Source: Lama glama (Eukaryota). Taken from it: a stretch of 64,000 bases of DNA. Where the stretch lies: the NCBI GenBank assembly GCA_028534125.1, contig CM052817.1, forward strand, positions 82,276,001 to 82,340,000. Reading direction: 5' to 3'. The notes beneath the pieces are model-generated. The model made no database searches. It saw only the letters and a list, made by a program, of their open reading frames with translations, and was not told the origin of the DNA. This document shows, one piece after another, positions 12,480 through 27,100 of the stretch; within the stretch, counting starts at the first letter, position 1, and every line of letters begins with the position of its first letter. The position numbers and the translations under genes were made by a program.

Positions 12480-14200
12480 CTGACATTCCTTTCTTTTCCT
12501 TGCTGTTTTCAGACTGTTATCCTGTGTTTCTCCCTGAAACCTTTTAGCATTGGATCTCTTCTCATCAGACATCACTTCGTCAACGCTCCTTGCTACAGTC
12601 ATAGACTGACCTTCTCATCTCTTCCTTTAATTTCTTAAATATTTTAGCTCCTGACTCCTAATACCTCTCTCCAAACTGTTTCCTTATGACTACTGGTGAT
12701 TTCAAAATCCTGAGCCAAGTTCTACCCAGTGCCCTTCCCTTTGAGTTATTAGCCTCAACTCTTTCCATGATATCAGCTTTCCACATTCTCTCACATCATC
12801 ACACCCTACACCTTATGACTACCAGTAAGCATATCCAGTGCATAACTGGATTTCCATCATCCCATTCTCAGGTCGCCGTCTCTTGCCTTTCCAGCTCAGT
12901 CCCTTTAGTACCTACCCTTCCATTTCACAATGAACTTCTCACCCATTTCACCTTTACTTTCTTTTTCACAGACATTAAATTCCATGGTTAATTTTAATTC
13001 TATCTTCTGTACACTCTTAACCAGATCTTTCTTAGATCAAAATATTCTTACGGCAAAATAAATGTTCTGGTGAAATTCAAAATAGAATCTAATGTGTGCC
13101 TTCACCCATGCAGCTTAGCATTTTTTAAAGAGAAATACAAATAATTCTGACTCCTCTTCATAATATAGTAATTCTGACTTCAAGGTCATAATTACTCAAT
13201 TCGTGGGGGTCGTCAGTGGTGCCTAGCATTCATTCTGATTTTCTTGGTCAAACCACATGCTCAGACTTCTGATTATTTTGTACCTTCTTCTATCTTATCA
13301 AACCTTGAAAACTTTCTCATCCTCAATCTCAGCTGAGCACCTTGCTTTCTATTTCACTGACTAATAGAAATAAGCCAAGATGAAGTTCACAAGTTCCCCT
13401 CTCATATCCACACACCTGTGAGCATCTGCACCTAAATATTAGGACTCCACTCCTGTTACTCATCCCTCTCTCCTCTCCGGGTTATTGCTGTAGCAGTTTT
13501 CTTCTCTCTCTCCTGCAGACTGAGTAGCTTTCCTCTACTGGATCTTTTCCATCAAAATAAAATAACGTTTGTCTCCATTTTAAGAAAAGTCTCTTTTAGT
13601 TCTAGTTTTTCCTCTAGATACAGCCCATTTCTTTCCCTTCTTTTGCAGCAAAACTGTTCAACAGTTTATTCATTTTATCTCTAATCTATATCATGGGAAC
13701 CCATTTTCCATAGGCTTTTACCCCCACCATTCCACTGAAACTGTTCAGTCCTCATTCTACATAACTTATCAGCAGAAGGTTTTGAGGCAGTTGATTATTC
13801 CTCTCTGACATATTTTTTTTTCCCACACAGGACACACTATGTTCTAGTTTTACTTCTATTTGATTTGCTGCTTCTTTTCAGTATTCTTTGCTGGATCCTT
13901 CTCATCTCTTTGGCCTTTTGATATTGGAATGTTATAGTGCTCCATTCTTTTACCTCTTCTCTTTTCTATATGAACTCCTGCTCTTGATCTTATTCAGCAT
14001 CATTCAATTTAAATGCCTGTTATAGACAAGAGTATCCCTAACTTAGATCCCCTAAACTCTTATTCCTATATTCACCTCCACTTGGATGTGTAACAGATAT
14101 CTCAAAATTGAGATGTCATGAAATCAGCTCCTGAACTTTTCCTTGCTAAACTGGCTTCTCCCAAGATTCCTCAATTGAAGTTAATATCAGTATCATTGTT
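12480..14200 (+). mobile_element. L2 LINE fragment
   Basis: Pyrimidine-rich L2 motifs (CTTGCTTTCTATTTCACTGA, CCACCATTCCACTGAAACTG, CACCTCCACTTGGATGTGTAACAGATATCTCAAA). Confidence 0.75.
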
Positions 14201-15955
14201 CCCATAAATATTAACAGCAAGTAGTTAAATTAATAAAAATAGAAAACAAACACATTATAGGATAGAAAAAGTAAAACTGGCTCTTCGAAAAGTATAGTAC
14301 ATATGAAACATGTATGTGAAATACATGTGGAAATAATTATATATATGTGCACACACATACACATATAGATAACACACACACTCACACACACAAACACCCA
14401 ACAATACAAACATACAATCTTTGAATGAAAAAGAGGATATCACAAAAGGTCAAGAGGCATTAAACTCTTAATAAGAATGTATTCACAATAACCTTATTCC
14501 AATCAACTTTAAAATTTAAAAGAAGTAGCTTTATTTACTTATTTAGAAAACCTAACTTACAGAAACTGACACAAAATGAAATTAAAAATTCTGAATAGTA
14601 TTACAACTATTAGAATTAGTAAGACAAAATTCCAGCTCAGAGGGCTGCAGTAGTAAACTCTGTCACACAGGGCTCCTCCTGAAACATTTATCACTACCGA
14701 ATACATGGTGACAAGGAAGCATCACAGATCACACGAGAAAACAAACCATAGCACCATGGGGTGGGGGTCGATTTTTCTTCAGTTTATTTTCACTGATTTC
14801 ATCTAATTTAAATTTTTATCAGAGATACACTGTTTTTTTTTTTACCATAGTCTAAAGAAACCAAAGTTTCTTTTTAACATTATTGGTATCCTCTGAAGGA
14901 AGAAGATGATTGTAACTAAATGGTAGACGTTTTCTAGACTTCAAAATACAGTGAACATGCATGGACTTAGAACCTCATTTCTTTCATGGAGCTATTACAA
15001 AACAAGAGAAATATCTCTCTTCAAGTTAATGTAAACTATACCCATTGTGTGATAAACCTTTTCATGTTTTGAACTTATTTTGTGACTATTCATTTCTTTG
15101 CATTTTAATTAGGCTAGAAGTTTTAGAAAGTTTGGAAATTTAAAATATATCAAGCTACATATGATTATACAGATAAAATACGGCACATGTATATTTCTAT
15201 TACTAAAGGTTTATACATCTCTTTACACCTGTAGCAATAAAACACATAGTCCACTATCTTTGCTTGTTTTTTGCTACAATGATCTAATGATGAAAGGGTA
15301 GAAATTTTTTTAAAAAAAGATATATCTCTTGGTCAAAGAGAAAACAATTATTTAGACCTCCATGTTATGCTGACTCCATGTTGTGATAACCGCAGTGAGA
15401 ATATAAGGGCAAAAATGTGACATGCAGTTGATGTGAGGAGGAGTCAGAAGTGATCTATGTGTTAGTATAACCTGTAATATTTCTCTTCCACCTTCAGAAC
15501 TGAAACATGACCAGATCTGGCTCAGTCTATTGTCGAATTCCAGATGTTCACAGAGTTAGTTTGCTATCACCCTCTGAATCACTTTTCAGTAGAGAAAGAA
15601 GTCAGAGATTGGTCATTTCAGGCAATTGCTGTCACCAAGGGTTAGTTTCACATGTAAGAAACTGGGTGTTTTTGAATGGTTGAAAGCTTGTTCCCTCTTT
15701 GTATGGCATTAAAATCCTACACAATGTCATTCATTCAAAGTTCTGACATTTGAGACAGCTTATACCACTTTGTTGGATTGTATTTCATTTTTGAATCAGC
15801 TGTAGAAAATATTTTATTCGTATTTGTTTTATAATATAAAATTGCAACGAGCAACAAATCATACCCCCATCTGTTATGAACTATCCACTGTTCCTGGAGA
15901 ACGGCTGAGAATAAACATATTGTCATCTGGTCAAATAGAATGCCAAATGATCAAG

Positions 15956-15958
<3 letters not shown>

Positions 15959-15996
<38 letters not shown>
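15959..15996. repeat. (TG)n microsatellite, ~19 units
   Basis: Direct reading. Confidence 0.95.
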
Positions 15997-15999
<3 letters not shown>

Positions 16000-16704
16000 T
16001 TAAAAGGAAGCTTTTTTGTTTGTGCTTTTGATTTTGTAATTTTCTTCTAGTTGACAAAACGTTTAAATGAATGCATCACTCCCCAAAATTTTGGACTTTG
16101 CATTATACATACATTTAATCTAAATATGTGAAATGAATATATAAGGCTTATACTTCTTGAAAGTAAAGGTTAAAAAAAAGTGGAGGGTATGAGGAGACTG
16201 GAAACTACTATACTGGGAAAACAAAAATTTATATGCATTAATTGTTAAGTTAGAAAGCAATATAAAATAAGGAAGTATTGAACTATCGACACAAGAAGAG
16301 ATGATCCAGAATGAGATAGGTCAGTGGTGGGCTGGAGCTACTGAGGGAGGATTTCTGTAAAAAGTTGAGGCTGAATAGAAAAAGACTAAAAAATAATGGA
16401 ATGGTAAAACAAAAATTTACAAATGATGACTAAAGCTTAGCAGAAGTTAGTTTAAAGATCAATGAAATAAGATAAAAGTGTCCATGGTGAAAAACAAAGT
16501 TTATGATTTGATAGCAAATTTTACCACTAGAGTTCTTGAGTAAGAAGTAATGGGATGAAAGTGGTCATTTGTAAAAAATATATTTCAGGGGTTTTATTCA
16601 ATGTAGATTTCCAAGGGTGAGAAGGCTATTAAGGAGTTTAGGCTTGAGATTGTACAATCCTAACAACTAGAACCTGAATTTCTTTTAGAATCAACTTGTC
16701 TTTG

Positions 16705-16837
16705 TTTGGGAAAGTATCTTTTTTTTAATTGAGTGTTAGTCAGTTTACAATGTTGTGTCAATTTGTCACATAGAGCACAATTTTTCAGTCATACATGAAT
16801 ATACATACATTCATTTTCAAATTTGGGAAAATATCTT
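16705..16837 (-). mobile_element. Very short (~100 bp) L1 3' end insertion with 16-bp TSD
   Basis: TTTGGGAAAGTATCTT (16705-16720) and TTTGGGAAAATATCTT (16822-16837); body similar to the 8531-8741 element (CAGTTTACAATGTTGTGTCAATTT..TCAGTCATACAT). Confidence 0.85.
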
Positions 16838-17559
16838 GAAATTCCTTTGTGAGTTGTACGAGGGAGTCTGGAGACATGGACTCTTGAGAAACCAAGTCGA
16901 CAAAAAGACTGAGCCCCCAGTCTGGGAAAATGGCCAAGAGACTTTAGGACCAAAAGTATCCAGCATAGATTCTTCAGTTGCTTGTAATGCTACGTTGCAA
17001 GCTCTTTTATTTCTGCAAATTTTAACAAATCATGAAATGAAACTATATGAAAATAGGCTGGAGTGGAGGGGCTTTGTAGCACTCATTTATTACCACCCAA
17101 GTAGTACATGAGTATGATGGCTAGATAATGTCTCAATTTAAACAATTAAGCAAAAGCACCATAAATAAAATGAAGATGTTTTATAGTCTGGTAGAAGATG
17201 TTTACTTTCTGGTACAGAAAAAAGTGAATATCCATACTATAGAAACATTTCCACAAATTAATATTAGAAGGCAAATACCTATAAAAATAATGAGGAAATG
17301 ATTTTAAAAGGTCTTTCACAAAAAAGATTAAAATCACCAATAAAAATATGAAGTGATATTTAGCTTCTCTAGTGATGTAATTTCCTTTATTGATCAGATT
17401 AAAAAAATATTATTATACTTATTATTGGCAAAGATAAGATGAAGGGGATATTTTGTACTGAACTGGCAGCATTATAGATTAGCATAGTCTTTATAGCCTT
17501 AATAGCCTTTATGGCAATGCTATGGTTTTGGTAACAATTAAATATCCAAAAAAGTCCTG

Positions 17560-18600
17560 TTACAACCGAAATCATACATGAAAGGGGGCAGTATTACCAA
17601 TTCAAGGTAAATGAAAAGGATTATAAATGAGGATTATGAGTAAGTGCACATCAACAAATTAGATAACCTGGATGAAATGGACAAATTCCTAAAAACACAA
17701 CACCAAGACAGAATCATGAAAAAATAGAAAATGTGAATAGACCTATAACTAGCAAAGAGATTGAATCAATAATAAAAAAAAAAACTTCCTACACAGAACA
17801 GCCCTGTTCCTGAATATTTCACTTTATGAATTCTACCAAACATGTAAAGAACTAACGCCAATCTTTCTCAAACATTGTCAAAACAATGACAAGGAGGGAA
17901 CACGCTCTAGCTCATTCTCTGAGGCCAGCTAGAAGGAAATTACTTCAATATTATAAAACATACAATAAACATACCCAGTGATAAAAACCTGCAAGATTTT
18001 CTTCTAAAACTGAAAACAAAGAAAGGACTCCTGCTATTACCACTTCTGTTTAACAAAGTATTGCTGGAAGTTCTAGCCAGAGCAATTAGGCAAGATAAAG
18101 AAATGAAAGAAGTAAATTTATATCTATTTGTATATGATAGGTAGAAGCCCATAAAGATTCCACATACACAAAAATGCCAAAACTAGTAAGTGAATTCAGT
18201 AAAGCAGCAAGATACAAAGTCAACAAACAAAAATCATCTACATATTGTACACTAACAATGAACAATAAAAGTTAAGGTAACAATTCCATTTACAATAGCA
18301 TCAAAAAATAAAATACCAAACAGGTTTTCACCTGATTTATACAATAAAAACAAGAAAACATTATTAAAAGAAATTCTAAAAGATACAAATAAATGAAAGC
18401 ATGTTTATGAATAGGAAGACTTGATATTGTTAAGATGTCAATACTAACCAAGTGATCTATAGATTAAATACAATTGCTATCAAAATCCTGGTATTTTTTG
18501 CAGAATAGAAAAATCTATGCTAGAATCTATATGGACCTCACGGAAGCCTGAACACCAAAACAATTTTGAAAGAGAACAAATCTGGAGATCTCATATTTCA
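17560..18600 (+). mobile_element. L1 ORF2 internal fragment with deletions
   Basis: GATAACCTGGATGAAATGGACAAATTCCT (NLDEMDKFL), CTGGAAGTTCTAGCCAGAGCAATTAGGCAAGA (LEVLARAIRQ), GATCTATAGATT. Confidence 0.85.
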
Positions 18601-18869
18601 AAAGGAATGAAGAAGGTTACAGTAACTACACAAATATCCATTACATGGAAGGAACAACGAGCTTAGAGAACCTGAATCTCAAGTAATTATGATAAAAGCA
18701 TGCCTGCCCCTTTGCTCAGATGAAGATTATTTCTATTTTTCCAAATTTATAACAACATCCTTAAAAAAGGAGTTCTAAACAAGGACAATCAGTAACTCTG
18801 CTCATAGGTGGTGCAGAAATATGAGACCCATGAAACACTGTCTCCCTATACTTTACAGAACATAGGATC

Positions 18870-19070
18870 TCTCACTTGCCAACACTGTGATCTTAGACAA
18901 ATATATTAATCTCCTTAAACTTGTGTTTCATCATCTGTATTACACTGATAGTCACAGCCTCATAGAGTAGCTGTGAGGATTATATGGAGTTCTACAATCT
19001 ACATAAAAGCAGAAAAAAGAGTGTCTGGCACATTGGAAGGACTCAACAAAATGTGCCTCATATTATTACT
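18870..19070 (+). mobile_element. MIR SINE
   Basis: CTGTGATCTTAGACAAA..GTTTCATCATCTGTA..GTGAGGATTA..GTGTCTGGCACAT. Confidence 0.65.
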
Positions 19071-22000
19071 AGGCCTAATCTTTTTGTGTGTTTTGAGGTG
19101 TTTGAGCTTAGCCTCCACGGCCTAAGTTTGAGGGAAACTCAAGAGCTACCAATCCAGTCAGTCTTCAAATGCCAACGACTGCCGTAACGATGGTCACTAA
19201 GTGAGTAGTTTAAAATGAGCACCACTGGAAATGAAGGAAAATGAGCCATAATCCAAGGCACGAAAAAAAGATACCAGAATTATGTGAGTCAACCTGCATG
19301 ATTACATCTGAAAGAATGAAAAAGCTAGAAGAAGGAAAGTCAAATAAAATAAGTATAAAGAAAATGAGAAAATATCATATGATCAACAGATCATCAAAAA
19401 GAGATGGGTGAAATGCTGTATACTGAAAAATCAAGGAGAGATTTAGGAGTTATCTTTCACAATAAATGTCTTCCCTGATTTCTCTCATATGTATGGTTTG
19501 ACCCACTTTATTGGGACACCCAAGATTTTTGCCCTGTGTTAAAATTCATTACGAAGTCCAACTTTCACTTCCTAATGCAGGAGGAAACATCTAGGAGGCC
19601 TCGTGGCTGAGTAGTATGTACTTCTCCAAAGCAAAAGTGGCCTGAGTATCAAAAATCTTTTGCTTCCAAGATATTCTCAGGAGCGGTTAGCTAGTATGAG
19701 ATAATTACATTTTAATTTTAGCAGGAACAGTCTGAACCTGACACATATACAATTAACAACCTTATCCTTAAACACAGATTTCAATTAAGGTCTCAATTAT
19801 GCTCCAATAACTGAAATTAGAATTTCGTATATATATATTAGCTCACATGATTAGACTATTTTTTACAATGAATTCTACTTTATAGCTTAGGAAACTAAGA
19901 TCCAGAGATGAGCAAATGAAACAGCTCTAGGTCACATTAGCTAAATCTCAAAAGCTATGTTGGCCTGGCTGCAAAGTTCATGATCTTATCTGTACAGTAC
20001 ATGTGGCTGCTCAGGAATGACTTGTAAATGACCTGGAATTAGTTGGCCTTTAGCAAGATACTAGAAAGTTGATAGTTTAGAAGAGGATCCAGTCACATGC
20101 TAACCAACTCAAGGTTAGCTTTTAGTGTAGGGATGGTCACACAACCTAAACCGCTCCCCACCTTCTAGTTTTAAGTGGTGGCAGCCTACTGAGCCTTCCT
20201 ATTGACTTCCTAGACATCTAGCATTCAATTCTTATTTTTGAGAGATTTGCTCATCAATGGCAAAAGCACTACTCTGGGACTGTTAAATTTGTCAATTTCT
20301 GTCTTTGGTCTCTCCTGACAAAACCATTTTTAATTTTTAAGATAAAAGTTACTATGTACTTTTCATTTAAATATATCTTTTTTAATATTTGCAATTTTCA
20401 TATAGCTGCATTGATCTTCTTTCATAGTTAAGTATGTGAACTGTCTGAAGCTTTCAACCTTTAAATGATGTCACTCTAATGGTTATAGAAAGGCCACATA
20501 TACAAAGGTTTGTACTTCACACCTACATGCTTGATCGGCTCAGGAAGTACTCTGAACTTCTTGAGAGTAGATCCTGTATTTTATATTTTCTTTATAGCCT
20601 CCAAGGGCCTTATACAGTTTGTGTAAATGAAGGCATTAAAGAAACACTTGTATTGATTATGTTTATGTGTAAAATATTCTAAAATATCTAAGCCTTGCCA
20701 CAAAATAACAAATAAAACATGATATGCTGTCACTGAACTTCACTGCTGACAAGAAACAACTGAAGAAATCAGAAATATGAAAGAAGACAGAATTTTTGCT
20801 TTTTCTATATTTTTTAATATGTTCCATACATTTCCTCATATCACTGCTAAACATGACCAGGTTTCATATTAGAATTATGATTGGGCTTCATGGATGCAAA
20901 ATATTGCTCTGATACAGAAATACTATGGTTAAAAAAGCAGGAGAGAGGGTACTTTTATTCAAGTAAATTTAAATCTACTTCTAACTAACTTTAAAGACAT
21001 AAATGTGTTAAACTGAAGTTTATTGTTTTAAATTTAGCATGTAGGCAGGAAGAAGAGATGTGGGAAGTGATGACATAAATGACAATTTACTCAAAAGAAA
21101 GTTGAATCACTTGTGCTGCTCAAATATTGGAGTAACAGAGATCAAAAAGTACTCACAAGATGCTCATGAAAATTTATTGTACTTTGCCTCACAATGCTTG
21201 CATAAACCTTATTATTTTCATATAGCCACAAATCCTCAACCCAGTACTCCATGCTATTTCCTATTGCTCAATTCTTATAAAAATGGATATATTTAACATT
21301 TCCTATTAAATTGACTCATGGTCTTTACTCAAATTCACTACTCTTCTCAAATTGATACATGGAAGATTTAGGGTTTTTTTAATGATTATTATTTCAGTTA
21401 CTTCACATTGCAGAAGAAGGGTAAGCATAATTTAAGATGAGAAATTATGGATAATATTAAGTTTGCAAAAACAGAACTGGACCAGAAAGCTCCCGAAATT
21501 CTTAGCTTCAGTGTTAGAGCTTTCAGTCTATGTTGGCCATGCAATGAGTAGACATTAATGTCAAGTAGTCATCTTCTGAGTTGCAGACAGACTGCCATCA
21601 CCATAAAGAATTGGCCCATGTTTGAGAACTGCATTCATTGTGTCGTTAAAAGTAATCTTACTGTTAAAGGTGAATGAGTTTTAAAATCTTTGGGATTCTA
21701 AACTGTTCATAGGTTTAATTATGGCACTTCATATAGGCTATAATTAGCAGAGAGCCCTGAATTAATAGAAGAAAATTCTACCCAAGTGCCTAATTTTACA
21801 TTGTAAACCATTTAGCAGTTACGCTAGAGCCCATTTAAAGGCAGCTTTAAATGACCCATGGCTGGTTTCCAAAATAAATAAATTAAAATTTGGCTGTTAA
21901 AGAATGTTCAAGAGTTAAAAACAATTTTAATGAAAAGCAGTGGTAGACTCAGCACTACTGAGGGTTTTTTTGCTTCATTTTTTAACTTTCTGTAGCAAAT

Positions 22001-22698
22001 CTGAACGTGATGATACCTCAGTAACAATTTGAACACTAAAAAAGTGATGATTCTGGAGGTTAATTTAATTCACATTTATCTATCCCTTTACATTTGTTTG
22101 GCTTTAAAAATCATTATCTACTAGTATTATGACTGGAAACATAAATGGCAACAAAGAACCACTAGTTTCTTCATTCTCCCTTTTTATTCGGTTTGGTTTC
22201 TTTTTTAGCCTTTTTTCTTTTGACTGATGTTCCTGTGCTTGACATTTAAATGATGGTAATGCTCTATTATCCTGATTTATACATTGCTGAAAAAATTATA
22301 GTATCTAGTGAGTCAATATAAGAGAAAGCCATTAGAGTTTTAGATGCCTTTGTTTCTCTCCACTATGAGAGAGAATACATCTGAACCTGGGAAGAGTATT
22401 TCCTTCACAAAACTTGTGCCAGCTAAAGCACTGCACGTAAACGTCATTAGTATGTTCAGTTATTCTGACTTCCCATGGAAGGTGTTTCCATGTGGCTGCT
22501 GGCTATTCTCCCATTGTATAAAAAAAATCAAACAGTAGCCTAAATTACTTCCCTGAGTATTCAAGTTTCATAAAGAAATATGTCTCTAAGTAAACACGAA
22601 ACATAAATTTATGTTTGAACAGCTCATTGTAGCTGTTCAAATATAAATTAATATTTTAAAGTTTGCTTCTTTGTAATTGCCAACTAATTTTTAAAAGC

Positions 22699-22796
22699 CA
22701 AATAAACCACATTAATTAAAAACCCAAATTAATCACATCAAAACCCCAAATTAATCACACTTTTACTATAAACAAATTAATCACATTTTACTATAA
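22699..22796. repeat. Short degenerate tandem repeat of CAAATTAATCACA
   Basis: Three exact copies of CAAATTAATCACA plus one degenerate copy (CAAATAAACCACA); TTTTACTATA also duplicated. Confidence 0.8.
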
Positions 22797-24859
22797 TTTT
22801 AATTGAATTATAATAACTATTGCAACTACTTATTGACCAGAGAGCACTGTTCTAAAATTGTGTATACGTGAAATATTTTCAAAATTTGATTATTATTATT
22901 TAGTAACAATGTAAAAGAATACCATCGATAATAAGTACAAACAAATTGTAAATAAAGCCAGTCTAGATTCTCGCATTACTATATTAATTGATGAATATTC
23001 AATCTTGTGTTTTATTCACTTACTCACTGGGTCACAGAAAATCAAGGTAGTTTAACAGACTGATACAGTTTTAAAGAAATGTCTTAATCAAATACTGCTC
23101 ATTTTTGCATACGAGACTAGGGGAGGGAAATCTTTATTCAAAAACAGATGAATGACCTCATTTAAACTTTCACCAAATGTTTTTGGCTTCGCATTTCTTC
23201 ATTAGATCCAGATGTTATAGGACTAACTGCCTGTAGTCATTTATACTAGTAATCCATGAATTGACATTTTTGCTAATAATACAGCAAGCTAAAGTTTTTC
23301 TTTGTCATTTTTACTTAAAATAGTGTGAGAAATGGAGGATGATGGCACCTCTCAGTCCCCATAGTAGCCTATTTCCAAAACTCTCTTTGAATGATACCAT
23401 CCATTAGGAAGTAATGGGCAAGATGTTGTTCTTTCAAGACTCCACTGAGTAATGGTCATGTGATTTTAAATTAAGAATGAAGAACATATTTTACTTATGT
23501 ATGCAACTGATCAACATGAGAGCAAATGGCCAATAATTTATTACTTAGTCACAAGACTAAACAAAGATTACATTATAAAAGGGAACATTATTCATAAATT
23601 AAATATATTTATGTGTTTCCATACATAAGTTTATAAGAGGAATATATGGTATGAATTCTTAGAGAAGACGGACGTTACTGTACTTCCCATGTTAGTATTG
23701 CTATTTAGATGGTATCAGATGGACACAGTACTCGTTTATCAAAATCAGTAGTTTCTTATTTTTTAATACATGCTCTTAAAAAATGACAGCCACCTGTGGT
23801 CTCTACCATAATCTTTCCAAATCAAAACCTACAATTTTTCTGAGACCTGCTGTTTCTATGGAGACTTTAATTTGCTAGGATATTTTCTGATTTCGTCTTA
23901 GTCTGGGTAATATTTATTTTTCTCCATTTTTGTTCCATTTTAATGACTGACATTCTTCACTTTCTGACTCGCTTATTTTTTTTGGAAATTTGACGCCAAC
24001 TGTTCCCCATCCATTTTTTTTTTACTCTAGTCAGAATGGCACCAGTAATTAGGAGGCTTCACAGAACTTTTGCCTTAAATAAAAGTTATTAATTCTGATA
24101 TTTGTTTCTACCTGGTGACACCTTTCTTTGGAAATTCCATAATGTTTACCATAATTATCTATCTACAATACAACAAAAATTATATATAATAGAGATACTT
24201 GATATTCATATCTGGTTAGTATCTATATCACACCAGTTATATTTTATTCAAACAGAAAGTCTGAATTATTGAAAAAGTTACAAATTCTAATTTTATTACC
24301 ATTACAATAATAGAATTATTAAAAACAAAAAATTAGCAGACTACTGAGTAGCAATATACATTACATGAAGACAGATTTTGTTAATAAGTTAATATATTCA
24401 GTTTTTTACCTTTTCCTCAAAATAAATGGATGTAGACATTATAGAAGAGAGAAGTATAAGACTTGGCATTGTCTTCAAGAAATTTTCATTCTCGTTACTT
24501 AGAAAAATCATTAATAATTTTAGACAGTATATGAAAACTCAAGGAAACAGTTTTGCTAAGATTTATAGTAGAGATGATTACCATATGTTAAAGTCAAAGA
24601 CGATTCCACAAATTCCTAAAATTCTGACTGAAGTGATACTTTGGAAATCAAAATGAAAAAAGTGCTTAAGACGTGTAAAAAAGACAAAATGAAAATTGTC
24701 TTAAGAAAGCATAAGAAAGATACAGTATGAAAAGTATCAGTGCATATATTCTCCAAAATTTTATTCATTCTATTGCCTGGAAACAATTGAAGAAAAGAGA
24801 ATAGTGCAAGAGGAAATTATTAAAAATAAAACGACTCTTCCCAACAACACATTTCTATT

Positions 24860-25090
24860 ACAGAGGATAACATTTACCAAGAACTTACTATATGCTAGGT
24901 ACTATCCTAAGCATGTCAGTGTTTTAACTGAATTAATAAGCACAATAATCTATAAGGTAGGCATTATTCATATTCCATTTTACAGATGAAGAGCCTGGGT
25001 CCAAGTAATCTAAGTCACTTGCCATAAACTACCCAGACAATTTTATCCTAGAAACGCTGACTCCAGAGGCCATGCTCTTACCTACTGCAC
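24860..25090 (-). mobile_element. MIR SINE
   Basis: CCATTTTACAGATGAAGAG..AAGTCACTTGCC..GACTCCAGAGGCCATGCTCTTA. Confidence 0.75.
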
Positions 25091-26345
25091 TACCTTGCCC
25101 TGTAGCCCTCTTTCATACCTGCCTAATGCTGACAAAATATTTTGGATGGGTTGGAATGAAATTAAAGTTTCTTATATTAGAATATAGTGTGAGTAAGGGC
25201 TCACCCACTCATATCATTCACTCATTTCCTTCTCTCTCTCTCTTTCATTTATTTCACGTTCATTTTATAGACAACCATGTTTCTTAGCCTCACTTATGAT
25301 TCACTTTATTGGAGCATTTTTTTCTCACCTCTTCCTCTGAACTGGGTATTTTTCAGTCTCGAAATTACTTTTGAAATATTCAGATATGTGTTTATCTTTC
25401 TAGTTACTAAAATAAAAACCTTCTTTATTATCTGCTAGCCACTTCTGTTTTATTATAGATTTACATGTGTACCAGAAATCTTCATGTTTCCATTTTAGAA
25501 TTCACATATCTACACACAAGGTTCTTAGTTGCATATTCCTTCCCATCAATTTACACAAACATTTGGCTATTGTAATCAATCATATTTATTATTGGAAACC
25601 TCAACATTTATATAATCCATTGATGCTATAGATTTTATAATTTAATTAGTCCCCCAAAATTTATATTTAATACTTTTTAAAGTTATAATTATAGACTGGT
25701 AATTTACAAACACTTTAATTTATATAATGTCACATATTTAGTATTTAAATAATATTAGTAATAAATAAATAAGTTTAAATAAATAACATGATATCTAAAT
25801 TTGAATTTTTATTGTAATATCTTCTAATCACTGTTAAATTTCTATTAAACAAGAAACTGCTTGATTTCCAAAGGGATGGCCAATTTATTATCTAAGGGAA
25901 TAAATGTAAAAATAGGAAAAAGAAATTTTTACTGTAAATATTTTGTTTTCTTTACACAGAATCAATGTAAATTTATAACACTGAAATTGCATTACTTGGT
26001 TTGATATCAAGAATACAACAGGGCAGTTATTTACTGAAAATCATGTTTTTTAAATGAAGTTACACTATTCATTAAGAATATCACATATTGAGATCCATGC
26101 CACTGGCTACTTTTGAAAGTGGGAGTGTAAATATACTACATAGGTTCTAGCAACATTTATACAATGTAAGTTAAATATTTATTGTGTGAGTCTGATAATT
26201 ACTCCAAATTTCAGTCAACTAAAAGGGGAAAATGGTGTGCTAATGAAAGAGAAACAAATGCATAAAAACAAGAAGCAAGAATCTATGTGTATTTATTGCT
26301 CATCTATTTTATTTCTTCATTTCAAGCACCATTAGGATAAAAAGT

Positions 26346-26346
<1 letters not shown>

Positions 26347-26384
<38 letters not shown>
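26347..26384. repeat. (TAGA)n microsatellite
   Basis: Direct reading. Confidence 0.95.
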
Positions 26385-26385
<1 letters not shown>

Positions 26386-26918
26386 ACAGACAGTAGTTAT
26401 AAGTTCATATAGGATCTCTCTATTTTTCTAGCCCTAAGCTGTCTACCGAACACTACACTTGCATTTTTACTTACTTTTTAGTTGGTATTTTCACCTGGAT
26501 TTCTTTCTGGCTTACAGCTAAATCTTAAAATGTTGAAAATCAGAATGATAAACTTGACCCTCTTCCTGATTTTTCTGTGTCTTCCACTTAGCACCAGTAT
26601 ATTCTACCATCCACCTATTCTTGTAGACATCAGATCCTTAAAATCATCCTTAATTCTCACTTGTCCTTCACTTTTGCTAATCTATCTTCAAACCCTGCAA
26701 AGGCTTTTTCAGTTCCAATTCCAATGTAATCCCCTAGTCAAGACTAAAACATTTTTGTGCCTAGATCATTATAATAGAATTCTAGTAGGTTTCCCTACAT
26801 TCAGCCTCTACTGAAATTGGTATGACATAATCCTCCCAAATTATTTTTAGAATGCAGGTATCTTCCGCTTGAAAACTATTCGTGCCTCCCAAATGTCAAA
26901 TGATTAAATTTTTGGTCC

Positions 26919-27100
26919 CAGAAGCAAGTTTACCCTGAAGCTACTGAAAATTGAGCATCAGGCCCCTTCACTTCCAAGGTATTCCCTCCAAGGCCCTGTA
27001 TCCAATTTCTTATGTGTAATTTTGTATTATATTATATTTAAAGAAGGGTTTCCAAATTAAATACATTTCAGGAATTAAATAAAACCTGGATCTATCCCAG
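26919..27100 (+). mobile_element. MER53-like hAT MITE
   Basis: TTTACCCTGAAGCTACTGAA..CAGGCCCCTTCACTT..TCCAAGGCCCTG and end AAAACCTGGATCTATCCCAG resemble recalled MER53. Confidence 0.6.
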
